From the NCBI GenBank assembly GCA_903923795.1, contig CAIXYX010000139.1:1-52303 (forward strand): a stretch of DNA of 52,303 bases, given 5' to 3'. Source of the DNA: an uncultured Candidatus Micrarchaeota archaeon. GTDB lineage: Archaea > Micrarchaeota > Micrarchaeia > Anstonellales > Anstonellaceae. Every line of letters begins with the position of its first letter. Position 1 is the first letter of the stretch. Below are positions 18,312 through 25,324 of this stretch, piece by piece. The translations under genes and the position numbers were made by a program. Below the pieces are notes generated by a model, which saw nothing but the letters and a program-made list of their open reading frames with translations, had not been told where the DNA came from and did no database searches.

Positions 18312-18500
18312 ATGGCGGCGGCATTGGGCGGTTTGATTGACAGCCTCGACATGCTCACCAACATATTGCTTCTCATAGTGTTGGCGGTCTCGGTGGCGAT
18401 GTACGCGTACCCCGACCCGAGCGTGCGGCACAACGGGCTGGTGGCCTTTTTGGTCACTCTCCTCGCGGCCGCGCTCACCAACATCAAGATTCCGGTGTGA
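18312..18500 (+). CDS. 62-aa two-TM hairpin protein (CedA2/VirB3-like candidate)
   Basis: Two hydrophobic helices are separated by PDPSVRHNG. The gene starts 12 nt after the previous gene, and its stop overlaps the next start (GTGA). Confidence 0.5.
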   Translation: MAAALGGLIDSLDMLTNILLLIVLAVSVAMYAYPDPSVRHNGLVAFLVTLLAAALTNIKIPV

Positions 18501-21115
18501 GCATGGGCGAGGGCCCGGTCGACAGCCCCATGCTGGAAGCGAGAGAAGAAAAAAAGAAGTATTTCACCTTGTTCGGTTTTGTTTTCGCCCTCTTTATTTT
18601 CAGCCTTTTCATGATTACGCCGGCCCACGCCCTCTCCCCGGGGAAATACAGCGATTATGTCTGGGCCTCGGACTACCATCCTCCGGCCGCGCCCGCCAAT
18701 ATGAACCTCAACTGCAGCTTCTTCCTCCCCGACGATCCGGTGTGCGCGGACATAAACGCGCTCGACAACGAGAGCCGCGATGCGGTGCTGCTCGCGGCGA
18801 TAGGCAGGACAAGCCCGGAAGAATACCAGGACTGGGTGAGATATTGGAACGGCCAGCTCCCCATCAAGGATTATTACGACAATCTCTCCGCCATAAACGA
18901 GACGGCTGATGGCGCATACGGGGAGAACAATTCGCTGCGCGACATGTGGTTCCGCCTCATCGACTTCTACCCGGCGGTCTATGACCAGCGGGACGGCTAT
19001 TACTATCTCTCGGACCAGACGCTCGTATTGAGTCCGTTCCATGTCAATTTCGTGGTACCGAATTCGATGGAGGGGGATTGGTGTGCGCAGAGCTATGACA
19101 TCAAGGGCTATGATGTCGAGCTGCGAAAGAGCATCGGGAATTTCTCCACAACAGGCAGCATCCTGCCCGTCTCGCAGCTCATGGCCCCGGGCGAGAAGGC
19201 CAACCTCACCCTCACGATGTCGGCCACAGGCGCATACAGCTACAACCTCTCGGCCTCGCGAAACGCCAGCTGCGGAAATTGCACGCAGGAATGCGTGTTC
19301 AACGCCACCCGATCATCGGCAGACACGCTCACCCTGAGCCATGAATACCCAATCAAGAGATTCCCCGACACATTCGAATACAACAACACCCTCTCGGTGC
19401 CGAAAACCGGATTCGCGCAAGGCTTGGTGAGCCTGCGCCTGCCGGCCGATTTCCTGTATTACCAGTTCAGCGTGAAAGGCTACACATACACGGTGAGCCG
19501 GCATGAGCTTCAGCTGCAGAGCTATGGAGGAGTCTATCCTCTACTGCGCCTCGCCCTCATACCATCGCCATCGCAGAGCGGCACGCTGCACATAACATCG
19601 AGCAGCCAGAACGATGACAACATCACATACTGGGCTGACCTGCATTACAAGCTGCCGGTGTCCGCGCCCGACATAGGGGAGACGGACTGCGCATTCACGC
19701 TCGTCACGCCATTCGGCACGAAAACGGTTGAGAGGGCGTGCACCACGGCCCGGGCCGAGAGCTCGATAAAACTCGAGGTGCTGCGCGTGGAGAACGGCAT
19801 TGGCACGATACAGGCGTCGGTGCATGACCAGCTCGGAAACCCGCTCGAGGGCAGCGTCGTGCAGTTCACATCCGGCGGGCTCGTGCTGAACAAGACTACA
19901 GACGCGAACGGCATCGCGCTCGCCCAATTGCCGCAGGGGCAGTCCACCAGCAGTGTCGAGGGCGCAGTGGTGGATTCCGAGAATGCGTCAGGCGCCAAAG
20001 CAATCATATTTCTCGCGGGAAAGTCAGGCACCACGGGCAAGGGGGCCTCGTTCCTCTCGGCCGTCGTTGGGGCAGCCCCCATACTTTTAATTGTATTGCT
20101 TGTTAGCTCATCTATGATGTGGCTGCTGCGCAAGCGTTCCTCCGCCTGGCTTGTGTTACTCTTATGCCTCGCCCTATTGCCAGCGATGGCTTGGGGGCAG
20201 GATGCGGGGGCGAACAACACCACCCAGATAACACAGGACTCGAGCGGAGGCGTGCTCGACGTGCAGGCCACCCTCGACGCCTGCCGCGGATATGATTTCT
20301 CGAACGCGGTGCGCCATTTCGGCGAATGCGCAGAGGCTTACCAGCTCTCGAACGAGTTCTCCTCCATGCGCCGCACAGCGACAAAACTCATCGAGAACAT
20401 CGGACCGCTTGTGGTGGCCACTCCGGACATCACGGCATACAAGCAGCCCTACTCCGACATGGTGCGCATCTCCCTCGCGCTTTTTCGTGTGGCATGGGCG
20501 TTCAACTCCCTCTATCTGCTGCTCAACATATTCAACCCCAACCGCAGAAACGAGGCGCTCAAGCAATACATCTGGCTGATTGTGTTCGTCATATTCGCAT
20601 ACTTCTCATTCACCCTCATCTCCGGCGCAGTGTCGGCTGTGAACAACGTGGCGGAGTGGGTGGCGGGCAAGGATGCTGCGGCCAGCCTCACACAGGCCAC
20701 GCTGTCGGCTGAATTCGTTTCCGAGAATTACGAGATGCTCAAACTGGTGCTGCCGTTCCTCTCGGTGACATACCTTGTGCTGCTCGCGAGAAACATAACG
20801 GTCATCGCCATGATATTGTTCTTCCCCTTCTCGCTCCTCCTCTTCTTCACATCAGCCACCAAGGGTTTTGGCCGCGCCGCGCTCACGGTCACATTCGCGG
20901 CACTTGGCCTCGGAGTGGTCAATGCCATACTGCTGCTCATATACAACATACTTGTCACCACTGCTGCCGACCCCACATTGTCCGGCAGCTTCGCGGCCAC
21001 GTTCTTCTCGGCCTCGTTTATCATATTCTTCGGATTCGTGAACCTGCTGGTGCTCGCAGTCGCATTCCTCTCCGGCATCGTCTTTATTGGACAGAGCCGC
21101 GGGGCGGAAGGTTGA
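18497..21115 (+). CDS. Large envelope protein: ~500-aa ectodomain, TM hairpin, then a C-terminal polytopic domain (VirB6/TrbL/CedA-like candidate)
   Basis: 872-aa ORF with N-terminal TM FTLFGFVFALFIFSLFMI. It has a CarboxypepD_reg-like beta segment (VHDQLGNPLEGSVVQFTSGGLVLNKTTDANGIALAQL), a TM hairpin around RKRSS, and 5-6 further TMs in the last ~270 aa. Confidence 0.75.
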   Translation: MSMGEGPVDSPMLEAREEKKKYFTLFGFVFALFIFSLFMITPAHALSPGKYSDYVWASDYHPPAAPANMNLNCSFFLPDDPVCADINALDNESRDAVLLAAIGRTSPEEYQDWVRYWNGQLPIKDYYDNLSAINETADGAYGENNSLRDMWFRLIDFYPAVYDQRDGYYYLSDQTLVLSPFHVNFVVPNSMEGDWCAQSYDIKGYDVELRKSIGNFSTTGSILPVSQLMAPGEKANLTLTMSATGAYSYNLSASRNASCGNCTQECVFNATRSSADTLTLSHEYPIKRFPDTFEYNNTLSVPKTGFAQGLVSLRLPADFLYYQFSVKGYTYTVSRHELQLQSYGGVYPLLRLALIPSPSQSGTLHITSSSQNDDNITYWADLHYKLPVSAPDIGETDCAFTLVTPFGTKTVERACTTARAESSIKLEVLRVENGIGTIQASVHDQLGNPLEGSVVQFTSGGLVLNKTTDANGIALAQLPQGQSTSSVEGAVVDSENASGAKAIIFLAGKSGTTGKGASFLSAVVGAAPILLIVLLVSSSMMWLLRKRSSAWLVLLLCLALLPAMAWGQDAGANNTTQITQDSSGGVLDVQATLDACRGYDFSNAVRHFGECAEAYQLSNEFSSMRRTATKLIENIGPLVVATPDITAYKQPYSDMVRISLALFRVAWAFNSLYLLLNIFNPNRRNEALKQYIWLIVFVIFAYFSFTLISGAVSAVNNVAEWVAGKDAAASLTQATLSAEFVSENYEMLKLVLPFLSVTYLVLLARNITVIAMILFFPFSLLLFFTSATKGFGRAALTVTFAALGLGVVNAILLLIYNILVTTAADPTLSGSFAATFFSASFIIFFGFVNLLVLAVAFLSGIVFIGQSRGAEG

Positions 21116-21126
21116 GGTAATAAGCC

Positions 21127-24100
21127 ATGAGCGGATACCGCACCATCCCCACCAAGGACACGTTCGATGTCGACGAGCGACTGGGCGGCCTAATCACCGT
21201 GCGCCAGCTCGCTTTCCTCATCATCACCCTCGCCCTCACCTACCTCACCTTCGCCGTAGCTTCCCAAGTGCTCTCCGGCCCGGACGCCATCATGCCCACC
21301 GTGGGCGTGTTCTTCGTCTGCATGCTCGTGACGTTCGGGGGCGTGGACAGATGGTTCTACACGCGCCTGCGCTATTACCTGTTCTCGAACGCATCCTCGC
21401 TCGAGCGCAATCCGGCGCTTTTGCGCAACATCAGGACTGTTGAAGAGGACAAAATCGTCACGCTCGACGGCCGCGCCATGGCACTCTTACGCGTCACACC
21501 CATCAACTTCCCCCTCCTCTCCGACGAGGCCAAAGAGGGCAGGGTGGGCGCGTTCGAGATGTATCTGCGCCAATTGGTCTACCCCATCGTCCACTTGGTG
21601 CAGTCCGAGCCCATCGATGTCGAGGAATACGCCGACACTGTGCTGCGCAAGGCGAAGTCCGCGAAAGGCATGGGCATCGGGGGGGCGGAAGAGTACGCCG
21701 AGGAGCACGTGCGCTTTTTGCGCGAATTTTTGCGCTCGAACCGCTCGCGCGCCAAGAATCATTATGTCGTGCTGCAGGTGCAGGACCCCAGATACAAGGC
21801 GGGAAGATCCGGCATCGAGCCGAGCTTTGGCGACAAAATGATGCGCTCCGCGCAGGCCCTGCTCACAGAGGTGCAGCCATCCAGCCTCTTGGCGGGCGGG
21901 CCGCTGATGGTCAAGCCCAATAATTACGCCATGCTCGATTTGGCGACGGGCCGAATCCTCTTCAAAGACCCCGGGCGCATGCCCTCCACCCCGCCTGCGC
22001 GCTCGAAACAGATGGGCCGCATATTGCAGTTCGAGAGCAAGGTGGCCATGCTGCGCTGGGCGCGCACGGAGAGAAGGAACTACTACTACGGCGCAGTCGA
22101 CCCCGACATCGAATTGAAGAAGGAGTTCATGGCCATGCCCCTGCGCGAGCGCGAGATGGAATTCTCGCTCGATGAGAGGCGGCGAAATGTGCAGCTGTCG
22201 GCTGGCAAGACAAGATGGGCTTATGATGAATTGGAGAAGCACATCTCGGTGCTCACCGAAAAGCTCGAAGCAACAGGCCTGCGCGTGCGCCGCTTGCGCG
22301 GCGAGGAATTGTTCACCGGCCGGCACATGGTGATGGCACAGGCTCATTCGGTGAAAGTGAATCCTCATCATCTTGTGGTGGACAACATATACTACAAAGT
22401 GGTCTATGCCACTGGCTACCCGTATCAGGTGAATTTGGGCTGGCTCACCAACATCGTGGACGGGCGCGAAGACTATGATTTGTCGATGTACATCTACCCC
22501 GTGAGCATACCCGAGGCGCTCTCCACTTTCCGCGGGGCCATACTCAAATTGTCGACAGAGAAGAAGGCGCGCGCAGACTTCCTTGATCCGGAGACAGAAC
22601 AACATCTCGATGATGTGAAGAGCTTCTTCACGCAAATAGTTTCTGGCAAGGAGAGGTATTTCCTTGCCTCGCTCTATATCACGTGCAAGGCGACGTCGAA
22701 AAAGAGCCTCGACACAGTTGTGGAGAAGTGCAAATCTGACCTGGCCGGCGCATCCATAGATTACGGCACTGCGGACTATGACATGTCGCGTGCTGTGTAC
22801 ACCACGCGCCTAACAGGCTCGGACCTGCTGGCAAAGAAGCGCGAATTCCCGTCAAGCTCGCTCGCCGCCACATTCCCGCACATCTCGTCCTCGCTCGAGA
22901 TAGACCCAAGCGGCATATTCTTCGGATTCGACTGGATGGGCGCGCCCATAATCCTCGATTTGACAAGGCTGCCCAACCAGCACATAGCCATCACCGGTGA
23001 GTCCGGCTCGGGCAAATCATATTTCGCCAAAAGCATCATCCCCCGCTACCTGCTCAACGGGTATCGGGTGTTCGTCACAGACCCCGACGGAGAATACGCG
23101 GATTTGACGCGCCATTTCGGCGGAGTGGTCTCGACCGTCGGCCCCAAATACAACACGGCTATAAACCCCTTCGACCTCTCGGGCCGCGACATCAATGACA
23201 AGATACGCTCGCTTATGGGCTTCATGGCGATTGTGGCGGGCAGCCTCACCAAATACCAGGAAGGCCTCTTGAGCGACGCGCTGGCAGAATTATATGAGGA
23301 CAACAGAGGTAAGAGCCGCCAGATAGTGATGAGCGATTTCGCGGCTGTGCTGAACCGCCGCCTCGCGAAAACAAGAGATGACCAGACGCGCCATGATTTG
23401 CAATTCCTGCTGATTTCGATTCGCCCGTTTTTGAAAGGCAACTTGTACGGCTTTTTGGACAGGCCCACGACCGTGAAGCTCGATTCGCGCCTGCAGGTGT
23501 TCGATTTGCGCGAGTATCAGAATGACAAGACGCTGCGCGACCTCTTCAACTACATCATCTTCGACTTCATCACGCACCAGCTCACCTCGAGCCATGAGCG
23601 CAAGGCATTATTCATGGACGAGGGCTGGACCATGGTGAACTACCCCTCGACAGAGGATTATGTGCGCTATATCATCAAGGACAGCCGCAAATACAATGTG
23701 TCGTTCGTGTTCCTCACGCAGGAATTGGAGGACATGCTCCAGTCGCAGGCCGGCCGCTCGATTTTGTACAACACGGCCACGCAGTTCATATTCCACCAGA
23801 AAGAGAGCGCCATGGCGCTGATGAAGACCACGCTCAACTTGACGCCGCCGGAATACGAGAAATTGATTGCGTGCGGAAAGGGCGAAGGGCTGATGATTTC
23901 CGATAGCATCCGCCTGCTTTTCCGCGTGCGCACGAACCAGGCTGAGCACGAGCTCATCTCCACCGACCCCAATGAGAAGAGGAGGATTGAGGAGGACTTA
24001 TCGTCCGGCGCAGGCTCGGCGTCATCCGGAACGAAACGGACAGGGAGTATGGAAGTGCGCGAATCCGCGCTCATGGAGCCTGCCCCCGCCCCGCCTGTTC

Positions 24101-24426
24101 TGCCGAATCCCGACTTGGAGGCCAGCCGCGCATATGTGTCTCCGGCCCAGAGCGCGGGCGAGCAGCAGACAGAACCTGATGATGCGCCATCAGAGCCGCC
24201 CCATGTGATTTTGCCGAACGAGCCCACAGTCAAATTGGATGAGGACAACCGCATCTTCAAAAACACCGCCCCGCCACCGAAACCATACACACCAGGCATT
24301 CCGCTGGCTGTTTCCAAGGGGATGGTGAGCCCGAAAGAGGCGTTAAGACTGCTGCAGCAGGCGGACAAGAGCGGCAAGACGAGGGGAAAGAAGACGGCGG
24401 GCGGAAAGGGGAAGAAAAGGAAGTAA
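21127..24426 (+). CDS. VirB4/TrbE/CedB-family secretion ATPase with N-terminal VirB3-like TM hairpin and a disordered Pro/Lys-rich tail
   Basis: Walker A ITGESGSGKSYF, Walker B ALFMDEGW and FVFLTQELEDM. The N-terminal TM hairpin is VRQLAFLIITLALTYLTF...VGVFFVCMLVTFGGV. A GAGGT SD lies 9 nt upstream. Confidence 0.85.
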   Translation: MSGYRTIPTKDTFDVDERLGGLITVRQLAFLIITLALTYLTFAVASQVLSGPDAIMPTVGVFFVCMLVTFGGVDRWFYTRLRYYLFSNASSLERNPALLRNIRTVEEDKIVTLDGRAMALLRVTPINFPLLSDEAKEGRVGAFEMYLRQLVYPIVHLVQSEPIDVEEYADTVLRKAKSAKGMGIGGAEEYAEEHVRFLREFLRSNRSRAKNHYVVLQVQDPRYKAGRSGIEPSFGDKMMRSAQALLTEVQPSSLLAGGPLMVKPNNYAMLDLATGRILFKDPGRMPSTPPARSKQMGRILQFESKVAMLRWARTERRNYYYGAVDPDIELKKEFMAMPLREREMEFSLDERRRNVQLSAGKTRWAYDELEKHISVLTEKLEATGLRVRRLRGEELFTGRHMVMAQAHSVKVNPHHLVVDNIYYKVVYATGYPYQVNLGWLTNIVDGREDYDLSMYIYPVSIPEALSTFRGAILKLSTEKKARADFLDPETEQHLDDVKSFFTQIVSGKERYFLASLYITCKATSKKSLDTVVEKCKSDLAGASIDYGTADYDMSRAVYTTRLTGSDLLAKKREFPSSSLAATFPHISSSLEIDPSGIFFGFDWMGAPIILDLTRLPNQHIAITGESGSGKSYFAKSIIPRYLLNGYRVFVTDPDGEYADLTRHFGGVVSTVGPKYNTAINPFDLSGRDINDKIRSLMGFMAIVAGSLTKYQEGLLSDALAELYEDNRGKSRQIVMSDFAAVLNRRLAKTRDDQTRHDLQFLLISIRPFLKGNLYGFLDRPTTVKLDSRLQVFDLREYQNDKTLRDLFNYIIFDFITHQLTSSHERKALFMDEGWTMVNYPSTEDYVRYIIKDSRKYNVSFVFLTQELEDMLQSQAGRSILYNTATQFIFHQKESAMALMKTTLNLTPPEYEKLIACGKGEGLMISDSIRLLFRVRTNQAEHELISTDPNEKRRIEEDLSSGAGSASSGTKRTGSMEVRESALMEPAPAPPVLPNPDLEASRAYVSPAQSAGEQQTEPDDAPSEPPHVILPNEPTVKLDEDNRIFKNTAPPPKPYTPGIPLAVSKGMVSPKEALRLLQQADKSGKTRGKKTAGGKGKKRK

Positions 24427-24460
24427 GCATTTATTAACTAGTTCTACCACATAATATAAC

Positions 24461-25288
24461 ATGACTAAACAAATCCAGAGCGCGAAGAATTGGTTCATTG
24501 CCACTACCATAGCTCTAAGCTTAATCATCAATTCCATGCGGGCCAAAGAACCGCTCGTTGAACAGAAATTTCGGCCCGTGAGTCTCGATTCGCTAAAAAG
24601 CAAAGTTCTTATCATAGAGGAGAACGACCGTGTCTATACTGTTCGGGATGAATTGGCGAAAAGCCTCCCCGCGCTCGGCTCGATTGGCTATGGGAGAATG
24701 TATTTCGAGCTGCTCTCGCCAAAAGCGCAGAATTTGGTCGATGATTATCTCGCGTCCGGCTCCGATACAGTCCGGCCAGCGCTCAACACGGCCTTATATC
24801 TCGCGAGCCGCGAGAAAGAGGATGAGAAGAACGAGAAATCGCATTCTGCCGGCCGCCTGCTCGCAGCCGCAAAAGCCGTCCGTTGGTCTTTTCAGGGCAT
24901 TTACTTCGACACCACATCGCTCGGCGTGCCGGAGTATATCACGGTGCGTGACAGCATATATGCGCATGAGATATGGGAACAGTATGGCAAAGACTCGGTC
25001 CGCATAGTGCTGGATATCGGAGGCTTGCACGGGGCGGGCATCGAGGCGAATCTGGCCAAATTGGGAATCGAGGCCAAGCGCCTCTTCACATGGGACTATT
25101 CCTTGAGCGCCGAGCGCAGCATTGGCTGTCGGAATGCGAATTATCTCTCGCAGGCATATTTTGAGAATTATGTTGACCCGGTTGTTGACGCTAATCTCCC
25201 GCCGGGCTTGTATCAGACAGGGGATTTTGCGCATGTCAGCTATGTCTGGATAGTGCGAAGCAAAGGAAACGAGACTGGAGAAAAGTAA
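24461..25288 (+). CDS. Hypothetical protein with N-terminal TM anchor
   Basis: 275-aa ORF 34 nt after the ATPase gene. TM segment WFIATTIALSLIINS. Its 5' part is AT-richer than its neighbours. Confidence 0.55.
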   Translation: MTKQIQSAKNWFIATTIALSLIINSMRAKEPLVEQKFRPVSLDSLKSKVLIIEENDRVYTVRDELAKSLPALGSIGYGRMYFELLSPKAQNLVDDYLASGSDTVRPALNTALYLASREKEDEKNEKSHSAGRLLAAAKAVRWSFQGIYFDTTSLGVPEYITVRDSIYAHEIWEQYGKDSVRIVLDIGGLHGAGIEANLAKLGIEAKRLFTWDYSLSAERSIGCRNANYLSQAYFENYVDPVVDANLPPGLYQTGDFAHVSYVWIVRSKGNETGEK

Positions 25289-25324
25289 GAAGCGCGCATT
25301 CGGTTCTATGGCATCAAATTTTCG

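Noticed and set aside
21487-22635. 382-aa ORF antisense to the VirB4-like gene. Similar long antisense ORFs occur at 18296-19042, 13565-14284, 27741-28448, 10684-11253 and 23667-24377.
   Set aside because: These have Arg/His/Ala/Gly-rich low-information translations typical of shadow ORFs in GC-rich DNA. Each lies fully inside a motif-supported gene on the other strand.
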